Part shown: positions 34,484-43,811 of the stretch, one piece after another
Numbering within the stretch: position 1 is the stretch's first letter
Layout of the letters: every line of letters starts with the position of its first letter
Sequence record: MZ475895.1
Direction: 5' to 3' (one strand)
DNA length: 64,000 nt
Position numbers and translations under genes: made by a program
Notes under the pieces: generated by a model
Told to the model about the DNA's origin: nothing
What the model saw: the letters and a program-made list of their open reading frames with translations, nothing else
The model's database searches: none

Positions 34484-35629
34484 ATGACTAATTCATCTCT
34501 GCCTTTCGTTTCTTGGTTCGAACGTGACAACTACTTTGATGACATGATTGAGCGTCTCGACCTCAAACGTCTCTGGGGCTATGTTGAAAAGAACAACGTG
34601 GTCAACAAGACTAAATACAATCTGCCTAACCTCACTGCCTACCACACCACCGAGCACATGAAAGAAGTTGCGTGCATTGCGTCCTCTCTACTGCACCGCG
34701 AGTCGAACCACGACTGGCAGATTCGTCTGATGGAATATCCGTTAGTCGTCGCGTGCCTTTTCCACGATATGAATCACAGTCTGGGTAAATATACTGATGA
34801 CGTGAACATCAACCATGCGCTCGTTGCGTTTAATGACTATCTTAATACCAAAGATGAGAATCAGGGCAACGACAAGCTGCTGTTTGAATATCGCGATCAG
34901 ATCTGTGCACTGATTCGTTGCACCCAATTCCCGTTCCATGACTCACGCAAGCCAACTAACCTGATGGAACGCTGCATTCGTGATGCGGACATTTTATACG
35001 GCCTGCAGGATGACGCAATGCCTGCTGTTGTGATTGGTCTACTGGATGAAGTGAACGTTCGTTTGGCTCCAGAAAGCAAATACTCCACCGCACAGTGGGT
35101 GGCAGGTCGCATTGAGTTCCTGTTGTCGTGCGAGATGTTCACCGAAACTGCTAACAAAATCTTCTGCGATGCTCTTAGCACCAACAGCCCGAACTATCAC
35201 GGTAATGTGCTGCAATCTTTCCTTGAGATGAAAGTGCGGCTGATCGATGTTCGTGCAGATAAGCTACGTGGTGGTGATGTTATCTGGACAGACACAGAGA
35301 ACGACTCAGCCTATCGTCCACGCCAAATCAGAAACATCGGCAACGAAGCGCTGCCAGACGTTAACGTGTATTTCACTGACGGTCAGGCTTGCGGCTATCG
35401 TAGCGGGGAGACCGTTCAGTTGCTGCCTAACACTGAGATGGTGAAGCTCGAAGACATTGTAGTTGGCGACATTATTCTTGAGCCTGCACAGGGTGAAGTG
35501 AAGCGCGATCTGCATCGCATCGTAAACATCGCTAACGGTGGCCTGCATGAAAGCGTGCTCTATCTCGAAAATGGCGGTGTGTTTACGTCAGCGCCCAAAG
35601 GCCGTGTCTGTCGTGTAGTCAGCAAATAA
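34484..35629 (+). CDS. HD-domain phosphohydrolase (PDEase-like) with two C-terminal SH3/KOW-like repeats
   Basis: YHTTEH...LFHDMNH...RDADIL metal ligands; repeats ADKLRGGDVIW and LEDIVVGDIIL. Confidence 0.8.
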   Translation: MTNSSLPFVSWFERDNYFDDMIERLDLKRLWGYVEKNNVVNKTKYNLPNLTAYHTTEHMKEVACIASSLLHRESNHDWQIRLMEYPLVVACLFHDMNHSLGKYTDDVNINHALVAFNDYLNTKDENQGNDKLLFEYRDQICALIRCTQFPFHDSRKPTNLMERCIRDADILYGLQDDAMPAVVIGLLDEVNVRLAPESKYSTAQWVAGRIEFLLSCEMFTETANKIFCDALSTNSPNYHGNVLQSFLEMKVRLIDVRADKLRGGDVIWTDTENDSAYRPRQIRNIGNEALPDVNVYFTDGQACGYRSGETVQLLPNTEMVKLEDIVVGDIILEPAQGEVKRDLHRIVNIANGGLHESVLYLENGGVFTSAPKGRVCRVVSK

Positions 35630-35630
35630 C

Positions 35631-35674
35631 TGGACGAAATAAGGCTACTCTGCTTAGGCTGCTTATGCTATAAT
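35631..35674 (+). promoter_or_regulatory. Box-plus-extended -10 promoter (copy 7)
   Basis: TAAC-TGGACGAAAT, 32 nt, TGc-TATAAT. Confidence 0.8.
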
Positions 35675-35716
35675 ATGCGTGAGCAGTCATTTATCATATT
35701 CTCAAGGGAGAAACGT

Positions 35717-36391
35717 ATGTACAGATCATTCAATCCAGATATGACAGGCAAGTTTTTCGTAATCGAACACAGCTTTAAAATTCAAAACATCTTTTGGATG
35801 GGCTTCAAAACGATTGATGGCAGAGAAATCATTTTGCCTATTCCTGCACGTGACGCACAGAGTGGTTATCGTGTTGGCCGAGAAGCGGCCTTCCCTGTAA
35901 TTCGCTCCAACATTAATACGAACGCTGACCCAGATTCAGACGTCTTGTTCGAACATACGGTAGGCATCTTGCATATGCGAGCACGCCGTTTCGAAACTCA
36001 GATCATGACGCGCACTGCCGTCTCTTATACTGGCTTGCTGCCTGACGTCCGTATGGCAAAAGAGGGCGAGCGCTATGTTACGCCTCTTAATTCGTTTGAA
36101 GGTCCTCTTATTCCTGCACTGAGTCGTCGTCTTACTCATTTCTGCGAAGAAACGCCGATGCTGCACAGTTCTTTCCTTGAGACGTTCTCTGACGAAGAGT
36201 GGTCGAAACTGAAAGCCGCACCTGTATCAATCAATGATTGGCATAGTGTTTCTAACTCTATTCGTGAGGGTAAGCTAAAGCCTACAGTTAATATCCCAGA
36301 CTTCTATCTGTCTACCCGTAAAGAAGATACGACAATACCGTCAGACGTTATCGAATATTACGCCGAAGCTAACGCACGAGGTGACATATAG
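35717..36391 (+). CDS. hypothetical protein (224 aa)
   Basis: AGGGAG before ATG 35717. Confidence 0.85.
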   Translation: MYRSFNPDMTGKFFVIEHSFKIQNIFWMGFKTIDGREIILPIPARDAQSGYRVGREAAFPVIRSNINTNADPDSDVLFEHTVGILHMRARRFETQIMTRTAVSYTGLLPDVRMAKEGERYVTPLNSFEGPLIPALSRRLTHFCEETPMLHSSFLETFSDEEWSKLKAAPVSINDWHSVSNSIREGKLKPTVNIPDFYLSTRKEDTTIPSDVIEYYAEANARGDI

Positions 36392-36624
36392 TGAGCAACG
36401 TCATACATCAAACGTCCGAGACTGTCTTCTACGTTCTTGGTGCTGTAACCCTTCTTGCTCACCTTGTGGGCTTCGTTAAGAACTGGCTCAAGATTCATGA
36501 GATGCGCCAGAAGCGCCGCGATAGACTCGCAAAAGCTAAAACTCCGCACGAAAAGATGCAACGCCGTCTGGGTAAAGCTCGGCGCGATGCTCTGCTTTAT
36601 AAACCTCGCAAAGTAAGGAATTGA
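36391..36624 (+). CDS. membrane-anchored basic protein (77 aa)
   Basis: GAGG then GTG overlapping the upstream TAG; one hydrophobic segment and an Arg/Lys-rich tail. Confidence 0.7.
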   Translation: MSNVIHQTSETVFYVLGAVTLLAHLVGFVKNWLKIHEMRQKRRDRLAKAKTPHEKMQRRLGKARRDALLYKPRKVRN

Positions 36625-36626
36625 TT

Positions 36627-36929
36627 ATGTCTTCTGATTTACGCCGCAAGCTCATGGCTGTGCTTGACAAGATGTTTGAGCACAAGTCTGAAAACAATCT
36701 CGCAGACGACACGGCCTACTCCGTACCTCGTTCTGAGTTCTCTATGATTGCACCTGAGAGTGCTGCTGAGAAATGCGCGGTCATTACAGAGATTCTGCGT
36801 GACGGCCACATCATCAATCTGTACGGTCCGTATGCCGTTACTGTTAGTCGTGATAGTGAAGGCCAACAGGTGTTTGTGTTCGTCCGCGTTCCAGACTATC
36901 AAGACATTGTTGCTGTGGAGAAACTGTGA
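36627..36929 (+). CDS. hypothetical protein (100 aa)
   Basis: AAGGA before ATG 36627. Confidence 0.75.
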   Translation: MSSDLRRKLMAVLDKMFEHKSENNLADDTAYSVPRSEFSMIAPESAAEKCAVITEILRDGHIINLYGPYAVTVSRDSEGQQVFVFVRVPDYQDIVAVEKL

Positions 36930-37477
36930 TGGAACAGATCGACATGTTCTACCAAGATCAGCCTCAGCAAACAACAACGCGTGCTGAATACTATAACCCG
37001 CACATCTCAGAAGAAGATCGTCTTCGCCAGTGGCGTTATGTGCAAGCTGCATTCGGTGGCGGTCCTGCAGGTAGTCCTATTCGTGTTGAGAAGATGCCGA
37101 AAGACATTACCAACATTCATGAGTTCATCATTGTGCCTAACGAGAAACAGCGTAAGGAAATGAATGAACTCATGGGAGATCCCCAAGACCCGTCCGACCA
37201 GAAGTATCTGACGATGCTGTACACGTACACGACAAAAGTCGGTATGATGGTACGCTCGTTCCAAGAGCTGGCTGAACGTGGTGGCCCTATGGGTTGTCTC
37301 AACGTGTTCACTACAACGAACATCTATGAGTCTCGCCTGCTTGTGTTCTGGAATAAGAACCCTCTCGAAGATCAAGAGGAGTACACACAGTGGCTTGACC
37401 ACATTCGCGGAAACTTCAACAAGAAGTCCCGACGCTTCTATGAGATTTCCTCAGAGCGTGAACTTTACTCAGCATAA
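36929..37477 (+). CDS. hypothetical protein (182 aa)
   Basis: TGATG coupling; GGAG upstream. Confidence 0.8.
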   Translation: MEQIDMFYQDQPQQTTTRAEYYNPHISEEDRLRQWRYVQAAFGGGPAGSPIRVEKMPKDITNIHEFIIVPNEKQRKEMNELMGDPQDPSDQKYLTMLYTYTTKVGMMVRSFQELAERGGPMGCLNVFTTTNIYESRLLVFWNKNPLEDQEEYTQWLDHIRGNFNKKSRRFYEISSERELYSA

Positions 37478-37483
37478 TTCATT

Positions 37484-37501
37484 TTGGCCTTGCGGGGCCA
37501 A
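37484..37501 (+). other. UGCG-loop hairpin
   Basis: TTGGCCT-TGCG-GGGCCAA. Confidence 0.55.
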
Positions 37502-37514
37502 TTAGGAGAACATC

Positions 37515-38906
37515 ATGATTTTCGATCTGCGCAAAAGTTTGGCCATGGTTCGTACCGTAATCGATGACCAAGTAATCTATAACTTCTACAACATGATTGG
37601 CCGCGATATGCAACTGCCCGGTACTACTCTCAAAGAGATTATCGACGTGCAGCGTAAGGGCGAACTGTGCACCAACATCATGTGGGGTACTCAGAAGATG
37701 GAGTATCGCACACTCAGATTCGATGAGCGTGGTGATCTTCTCTTAGACGTGACCGTTGGTCCGCATTGCTACGCACGGCTCTCTTACGATCAGATTGAAC
37801 ACTATGGGCGCAAAGAGTTTAAGGCTATTAACTGCATCGAGATCGATAGCTACCTCGCCCGTGACATTAGAGCGCATCTTCGCGCAGTGGGCCAAACTGA
37901 GCCTAAGCTCGAATGGTATGACAACGTGTCGGATGATGAACTGAAGGACGCTCTACTTTCAGTTGGTCACATGGGACCTCTGGCTTATGAAGGTAAATCT
38001 CGTAACCAGTTAGAGGACATGTTTGAGAAATTCCAGCGTAAGCACGATGCAGAATACAAGTACACGCACGCGCATATTGGCTTAGACCCAGACGAAAAGC
38101 TGCCTGCTGATTTGTATGAAGATGAGGCACGCTCAATCACTCGTCGTTCTTTTGCTCCTCAGAAGACTGTCGATATGATGATCACTGAGATCTCAAACGT
38201 GATGCGCATGTTCGATATCTGGGATTCAGCGCCGACATCCGAGACGCATGAGTGGTCAATGCAGGAGGCGTACATGGCCTTCTATAACAGCTTAGTGATT
38301 GATAGCGATGGCAGCCGTCTGCGTGAACTGAAAGATAATCCACAGTTCGCTATCAACTTCATCTACGGCATGGCGGCAGACCTGAATTGGATTCACATCA
38401 ACGAGATGACCGAAGACTATCGTGGCTCGGTTGTGAATCGCATCCTGCAGGAGATTGCTGTTGAGATCAGCACCTCTGATGATTACTGCACGACGGAGCA
38501 CGGCATCGCTCTTATTAAGAAAGAAGAAGAGACAGAAGAAGAGGAGGAGGATGCTTCTGAGCCCGTCTCCATCGAAAAGAAAAAGAAGAAAGGCTTCCCG
38601 GATATTCGCTCAGTAGAAGAGGTGAACTATGACGCACTGCATATCATCGAGATTACATACAAACTGCCCAAGCAGCCTAAGCTGCGCACTAAGCTAGACG
38701 TACTGCAATCTCGTGAGTGCTATCTTGAGCACTTCTTCGGTTGTTTGAAAGAAAATGATTGGCATAGATTAGACAATATCACTAATCTTGACCTGCGCCG
38801 TATTGTTGGTGCTGTTACTAAATCTAATGGTGGTAGATTCAGCCACAACGCCCTGTTAAACATAATTAAACGTGCAGCTAAGAAACTGGCTGCCACTGAG
38901 TTCTAA
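37515..38906 (+). CDS. hypothetical protein (463 aa) with a helix-extension-helix-like module and an acidic/basic linker
   Basis: AGGAG upstream; YDNVSDDELKDALLSVG...YEGKSRNQLEDMFE; KKEEETEEEEED...IEKKKKK. Confidence 0.88.
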   Translation: MIFDLRKSLAMVRTVIDDQVIYNFYNMIGRDMQLPGTTLKEIIDVQRKGELCTNIMWGTQKMEYRTLRFDERGDLLLDVTVGPHCYARLSYDQIEHYGRKEFKAINCIEIDSYLARDIRAHLRAVGQTEPKLEWYDNVSDDELKDALLSVGHMGPLAYEGKSRNQLEDMFEKFQRKHDAEYKYTHAHIGLDPDEKLPADLYEDEARSITRRSFAPQKTVDMMITEISNVMRMFDIWDSAPTSETHEWSMQEAYMAFYNSLVIDSDGSRLRELKDNPQFAINFIYGMAADLNWIHINEMTEDYRGSVVNRILQEIAVEISTSDDYCTTEHGIALIKKEEETEEEEEDASEPVSIEKKKKKGFPDIRSVEEVNYDALHIIEITYKLPKQPKLRTKLDVLQSRECYLEHFFGCLKENDWHRLDNITNLDLRRIVGAVTKSNGGRFSHNALLNIIKRAAKKLAATEF

Positions 38907-38939
38907 CCGCTATTATACCTAACATTGTAGGGAACCAAA

Positions 38940-39362
38940 ATGAATTTCAATCCAAACATCATTGTTGTTGATCGTGTTGTTGTCATGGCCACCAAAGAGA
39001 CCACAGACAAGTGGGCTGTTGCTGCAAAGCAAGATCGTGACAACGCACAGTTCGGTATGGCTTTATTGCACGCGGAGCTTCAACGCAAAATCAGTAGCAC
39101 GCTGCGTAACGCCAACCCTGAATCGATGTTCCGTCCAGAGATATTCTGGGCGGACTACGGCCCGCTCTCCGTTAGCGGCTTCATGTATATTGAGAGCAGT
39201 GCGGACGAAGAAGTGTTGAATCAGGCAGATGACCGCGATTACCTGTGCCATCTTGAAGCGATCAAAAACATCGCCGCATCTATGGGACACACCGTTGTTA
39301 TTCAGCGTGTGAAAGCCCAGTTCCCTATTGTTGATACTCGCGTACCTGTTGCTTATGCCTAA
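38940..39362 (+). CDS. hypothetical protein (140 aa)
   Basis: AGGGA upstream. Confidence 0.8.
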   Translation: MNFNPNIIVVDRVVVMATKETTDKWAVAAKQDRDNAQFGMALLHAELQRKISSTLRNANPESMFRPEIFWADYGPLSVSGFMYIESSADEEVLNQADDRDYLCHLEAIKNIAASMGHTVVIQRVKAQFPIVDTRVPVAYA

Positions 39363-39372
39363 GAGGTGACCT

Positions 39373-39669
39373 ATGTCTGAACAAACTCAATTGCCTGGCC
39401 AAGTCGTTATCGTTTGTGTTATGCAGGAATCTGATTCTTTCATGGGTCAGAAGTTTGATGGCTATGTGTACTTGCTTAATCCAGAACACAAAGAGATGTT
39501 TGAACGTCACCTGCAGGCGCACAAAAGTCGTGAGAACTATTCACACATTATCAGCCACGCTAATCACTATATAACTAGCACGGGCTTCGATGCGCTTCAT
39601 GCTGCTATACGCAAAGATGCAAACAGACCCTGGCTGTGGTCAGATACTGATTACACGATAACTGCATAA
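39373..39669 (+). CDS. hypothetical protein (98 aa)
   Basis: GAGGT upstream. Confidence 0.8.
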   Translation: MSEQTQLPGQVVIVCVMQESDSFMGQKFDGYVYLLNPEHKEMFERHLQAHKSRENYSHIISHANHYITSTGFDALHAAIRKDANRPWLWSDTDYTITA

Positions 39670-39672
39670 ATC

Positions 39673-39716
39673 TGGACAAAATAGAGGTAGCTAGAAAAAG
39701 CTGCCCCTGATATACT
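39673..39716 (+). promoter_or_regulatory. Box-plus-extended -10 promoter (copy 8)
   Basis: GCATAAATC-TGGACAAAAT, 32 nt, TGa-TATACT. Confidence 0.8.
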
Positions 39717-39769
39717 AAAAGCGTAGCTTGTGCTGCGCTTTTTTACTTTCTGTCTGAGGAGACAACAAA

Positions 39770-40225
39770 ATGAAACCAATCAAAGCAACTGAGGCTGATA
39801 AAGCGCTTCAAAACGAATGTATGGACGCTGTTGCTCAGTGTATTATCCTGAACACACCCGACTGGCGCGATGTAGCGATTGCAGGTTTGCGCCTGTATCT
39901 GGTTGCAGCAAAGATGAGCGGCGCGGAAATCCCGTGTATGCAATTCGAACATAACGGCAAGCCGTGCCGTTTGTCGTTCAAGATGAACCTTGTTGATGAA
40001 GGCGAAGAGTTCACTCCGAACGAAGTGAACCAAGCGCACCAGCAAGAAATGATCGAATGCATTCTTGCTAAGACCGAAGCGCTCGGCGGTTACAGTTACT
40101 TTGATTTGTTCGTTTGCTCAGGCCGCCTATTTATGATTGGCTTCGACGGTATGGCCGACACCGTTCCTGCTCTGATGTTCCGCTCAGACAAAAAGAACTA
40201 CCGCGTTAACTTGATCAACGGATAA
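39770..40225 (+). CDS. hypothetical protein (151 aa)
   Basis: GAGGAG upstream. Confidence 0.85.
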   Translation: MKPIKATEADKALQNECMDAVAQCIILNTPDWRDVAIAGLRLYLVAAKMSGAEIPCMQFEHNGKPCRLSFKMNLVDEGEEFTPNEVNQAHQQEMIECILAKTEALGGYSYFDLFVCSGRLFMIGFDGMADTVPALMFRSDKKNYRVNLING

Positions 40226-40228
40226 GCT

Positions 40229-40411
40229 GTGAAGACCACCAACGACCTGATTAAAGAATTAAAGCAACATCGTGTTATCATCATTGAAGAACACGACAAG
40301 CATATTCTGCCTGACCTGACATTCGCCCTGAGTTGCTTATGCATCGATCATACTAAGCGTGTGGTCGAAACAAAGCGTAGTGCTCAGGCAACCAAAATCA
40401 AACTCGCATGA
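40229..40411 (+). CDS. hypothetical protein (60 aa)
   Basis: GTG start 3 nt after the upstream stop. Confidence 0.6.
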   Translation: MKTTNDLIKELKQHRVIIIEEHDKHILPDLTFALSCLCIDHTKRVVETKRSAQATKIKLA

Positions 40412-40418
40412 GGTTACT

Positions 40419-40856
40419 ATGAAATTTGATCAAGCACCAACGAAAGCACAACTCGTGCTGCTGGCCCTCGCTCTCGAATCCGTTCTCCTCTCTATGGAGA
40501 AAACGTTTATCAACCGTAATCTGCTGGAGCAGTTACTTGCGAAGTACGGCATCTCGTTTAACGATCTGAAAGAGTTGCGAGAGTACGGCGAAAAGCATTC
40601 CGCCATCGGTACCAGCGTTGCTCAAGTTATGGAGATAGCTGCCTTGCATGTGGCTCATCTGAAAACAGAACCTGTGCCTGAATACAGTCAAGACGACCTT
40701 GATCTAATTCGCGTAGAATACGAGCCAATCGATACGTCTGTCCTACGCCAGGGCGCTGTGAATGATGGGGTTATCACAGTGCAGCAAGCAGCCACTTTTG
40801 AGCGCGATCAGATACTGACTGCTATTCTTGAGTACCGACTGCGCTCAGAAGCATAA
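40419..40856 (+). CDS. hypothetical protein (145 aa)
   Basis: GAGG before ATG 40419. Confidence 0.8.
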   Translation: MKFDQAPTKAQLVLLALALESVLLSMEKTFINRNLLEQLLAKYGISFNDLKELREYGEKHSAIGTSVAQVMEIAALHVAHLKTEPVPEYSQDDLDLIRVEYEPIDTSVLRQGAVNDGVITVQQAATFERDQILTAILEYRLRSEA

Positions 40857-40859
40857 ATC

Positions 40860-40903
40860 TGGACAAAATCGTGGTTGTAGCAAAAACCGTCCTATGTTAT
40901 AAT
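40860..40903 (+). promoter_or_regulatory. Box-plus-sigma70 promoter (copy 9)
   Basis: GCATAAATC-TGGACAAAAT; TTGTAG-17 nt-TATAAT with extended TG. Confidence 0.85.
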
Positions 40904-40944
40904 AGAGATGTAGCGTAGACGTGAGGTATGCGCTATAAATTGAA

Positions 40945-41085
40945 TGACGCGTTTTTGCTTGACTGTAAGGTAGCGGTATCTTACAGTCCTTTTTCAAGTG
41001 GCTTCGAAGTTTGAGGCTTCTTGCGAAAGGTCAAATGTACCTTTGAGCGTTTTCGGATTTACGCGGTTTTCACCGACTGCGCTCT
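40945..41085 (+). ncRNA. structured 5' leader RNA, element A
   Basis: Stem GACTGTAAG(40961-69)/CTTACAGTC(40980-88), then a second stem starting CTTTTCAAG and a downstream GACTGC (41074); related to 41995-42105. Confidence 0.45.
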
Positions 41086-41112
41086 CACTTTAAACCGCAA
41101 AGGAAATACATC

Positions 41113-41934
41113 ATGCCAGAAGCACGCAAACCTCGCCCAGCTGATCGTTTCGCTAAAGCCCGTGCAGAGAAAAACTCACCGGAGCGTCAAGATGCGGCAG
41201 CCCAGCGCACGTATAAAGACACTCCGCCTAAATCTGTTCAGGTGAAACTTGATGCTGTGGCAGCTTCTAAGAAGAAAGTTTCTCGCGGCCCCAAGGCCTC
41301 TCGTCCACGTCAGTCGCCTGCTGTTGACGCAGCACCAAAGCCTCGCATTCGTGATGAGGAACGTGTGTACAATCTCGTACACATGATTCTCTCTGCGTGG
41401 AAAGCCGATGCAGAAAACGCGGCAGCAAGTGTGGGAATCATTAAAGTGTCTCGTCGTAAGATTGAGGGTGCGTTACGCGATCTCAAGAATACGCGCTTCA
41501 CTAAAATCCCAGGCTTAATCAATGACGTGCTTGTCTACAATGAACTGGTAGCTGAGTTCGGACAGTGGGTGTACGTCGAGCACGACAGTCCTGATTGGAT
41601 TTTTGTGCGCCTGCCTGAAAACAGCACGCCTGTGATTCGCGCTGACATTAGCTATGCCAAGACGGGTGAAACTTCCACGTCTGTTTCGACTTCTAGTGAA
41701 GTTCTGCTGAAAGATCTTAGCGAAGACGAAGAAGATGAGATCCCCGAGAATGTCGAGTACGACGATGCGGACGAGACTGACGAAGACGAAGAGGAGCCGT
41801 ATGACTACAGCGCTTGGTCTCTGCGTGACCTGCAGGAGTATGCGAAGCGCTATGACTTCTTGCAGCCCGACACTGAGGGGTTTGATGATCGCGAGAAGTT
41901 GATAGCAGCCATCGAGCTGGGGGAACAGCACTAA
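41113..41934 (+). CDS. basic N-terminus / acidic C-terminus protein with a terminal helix-extension-helix module (273 aa)
   Basis: Lys/Arg/Pro-rich N-terminus, Asp/Glu tract, YDYSAWSLRDLQEYAKRYDF...DREKLIAAIE. Confidence 0.88.
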   Translation: MPEARKPRPADRFAKARAEKNSPERQDAAAQRTYKDTPPKSVQVKLDAVAASKKKVSRGPKASRPRQSPAVDAAPKPRIRDEERVYNLVHMILSAWKADAENAAASVGIIKVSRRKIEGALRDLKNTRFTKIPGLINDVLVYNELVAEFGQWVYVEHDSPDWIFVRLPENSTPVIRADISYAKTGETSTSVSTSSEVLLKDLSEDEEDEIPENVEYDDADETDEDEEEPYDYSAWSLRDLQEYAKRYDFLQPDTEGFDDREKLIAAIELGEQH

Positions 41935-41943
41935 GCACAAATA

Positions 41944-41988
41944 TGGACAAAATAGTGGTAGCATCTAAAGCATGACCTGTGCTACACT
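41944..41988 (+). promoter_or_regulatory. Box-plus-extended -10 promoter (copy 10)
   Basis: GCACAAATA-TGGACAAAAT, 33 nt, TGc-TACACT. Confidence 0.8.
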
Positions 41989-41994
41989 ATAGAT

Positions 41995-42105
41995 CGAATG
42001 CCTTGTAGTTTTTTGACTGTGAGTTACTTTCCGGCTCACAGTCCTTTTTAAAGTGCTCTCCCAAGAACGCTTTAAAAAGCACAGACTGCCTGCGCTTTTG
42101 ATAGA
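41995..42105 (+). ncRNA. putative stand-alone small RNA, element B
   Basis: Sits between two promoters with no credible ORF; stems GACTGTGAG(42015-23)/CTCACAGTC(42035-43) and CTTTTTAAAGTG(42044-55)/CGCTTTAAAAAG(42068-79). Confidence 0.55.
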
Positions 42106-42116
42106 CAGCATAAATC

Positions 42117-42160
42117 TGGACAAAATCATGGTTGTATCAGAATGCTGCCTGTCATACACT
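42117..42160 (+). promoter_or_regulatory. Box-plus-sigma70 promoter (copy 11)
   Basis: GCATAAATC-TGGACAAAAT; TTGTAT-17 nt-TACACT. Confidence 0.8.
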
Positions 42161-42221
42161 TTAATGAGTCGAGCAATAGTGCTCGCAACAAACTAAATCC
42201 CAATACTGAGGAGTATTACAC

Positions 42222-43811
42222 ATGGCACGTTTCGAAACTAACACTAACCTGGTTGGCAAAACTATCGTCCTGCTGAACGGCACCAAAGCGAAGATTGAAG
42301 ACGCTATCGTTTCTGGCTACAAAGTGAAAGGCCAGACCAAGCGCATCGCAACCCGTGACGTTATCAAAGAGGGTGCGCACTTTAAAGAAATCGAGCGCAC
42401 GCCGCTGAGCCAGCTGGAAGATACTGGTGAAGGTTATGTGAAGTTGAAAGAAGCCAAAGCTGCTTCTAAGAAAGCGCCTGCGAAAGACGCTAAAGCTACT
42501 GGCAAAAAAGCTGCGGCAAAAGACAAGCCTGCTAAGACCAGCAAAAAAGCTGCCGCTAAAGATAAGCCAGCGAAAGAGCAAGAGCCGAAAGTTCGCCGTA
42601 AGTCTGCGAAAGAGCAGGGCAACGATTATCAGGAACTCGCGCAGGCTATCATCAAAGGCGGTCGCCGTGCAGCGCCAGTTGAAATTGACAGCGTAGACGA
42701 AGCGCTGACCGATGCAATCGCTAAGCGTCTGACCGCTGTTGTCGAATCGTCTGAGATTGCGAAACTCGCCGCTGATAACAAAACGCCGATCGCTAACGCA
42801 CTGACCGTAACTTACGGTGCTGAGTTTGCGACTGATGCAAACGTTGTGCAGATTACGCTGAACCTGCAATACGCTAAGCCGACTGCTGTTGAGTCTGCCG
42901 CTCCTACTCTGGAGAATGCCGAAGCAATCGCAATGCGTGCTGCTAAAATGGCCGCGCCGAAAGTGAGCGCTAAACTCAAGAAGGCAGTGCGTGAAGCATT
43001 CGATATTGAAACAGACCTTGAGCTGGGTACTGTGATTATGTCAGGCGATGATCAATTCGCTTACTACGGCGAAAGCGCGAAGCACGCTGGCAAAGCGCTG
43101 CTGTATGTTGTCGAAACTGACAAGTTCAAATCTGTCTTGGCCTCTACTCTGACCGACTACGAACTGCCTGCTGATGAAGAAGCTGAGGCAGAAGAAGAGG
43201 AGGAAGAAGAAGAGGAGGAAGAAGAACCCGCTGATGACTTCGACGACGAAGAGGAAGAAGATGCGGACGATGCAGATGATGCCGACGATGCTGATGGCGA
43301 CGACGACGAATTCCAGTACGTTGCTGTAGGCGATGAACACTTTGCTCTGGTCAACAAAAAGATCACAGCCAAGTATCACGATGCACTGGCTGAGCAATTC
43401 GGCGTTAGCACCGAAGCGCTGGTCCCAGGCTTAGTGTTGACCAACGGCGAGATCACTTTCGCTTATCTGGGCAACGATAGCAAAGGCGGCCTGCTCGTTA
43501 TCGACCTCGACGACGATGCGGACGAAGACGACAACGTTCTGGTCTACCCGAAAGCCGACGTTAAATCTCTGACCGACTTCTCTCCTGTGCTGGGTGATGC
43601 AGATGAAGAAGACGCAGACGATGCAGAAGAGACCGACGAAGAAGACGAAGATCAGGACGACGACTTCGAATTTGACGATGCGCCGACTGCCGACCTCGAA
43701 GATCTGTCCGACGATGAGCTGCGTGACCGCGCTGTTGAGATGGGCCTGACCACTGTACGCAAAGCTGACAAAATGAACGCCAAGCAACTGCGTGCGCTGC
43801 TGTCTGAATAA
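42222..43811 (+). CDS. multidomain Lys/Ala-rich plus Asp/Glu-rich protein with a C-terminal helix-extension-helix module (529 aa)
   Basis: GAGGAG upstream; KKAAAKDKPAK repeats; long Asp/Glu tracts; DLEDLSDDELRDRAVEMGL...KMNAKQLRALL. Confidence 0.92.
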   Translation: MARFETNTNLVGKTIVLLNGTKAKIEDAIVSGYKVKGQTKRIATRDVIKEGAHFKEIERTPLSQLEDTGEGYVKLKEAKAASKKAPAKDAKATGKKAAAKDKPAKTSKKAAAKDKPAKEQEPKVRRKSAKEQGNDYQELAQAIIKGGRRAAPVEIDSVDEALTDAIAKRLTAVVESSEIAKLAADNKTPIANALTVTYGAEFATDANVVQITLNLQYAKPTAVESAAPTLENAEAIAMRAAKMAAPKVSAKLKKAVREAFDIETDLELGTVIMSGDDQFAYYGESAKHAGKALLYVVETDKFKSVLASTLTDYELPADEEAEAEEEEEEEEEEEEPADDFDDEEEEDADDADDADDADGDDDEFQYVAVGDEHFALVNKKITAKYHDALAEQFGVSTEALVPGLVLTNGEITFAYLGNDSKGGLLVIDLDDDADEDDNVLVYPKADVKSLTDFSPVLGDADEEDADDAEETDEEDEDQDDDFEFDDAPTADLEDLSDDELRDRAVEMGLTTVRKADKMNAKQLRALLSE

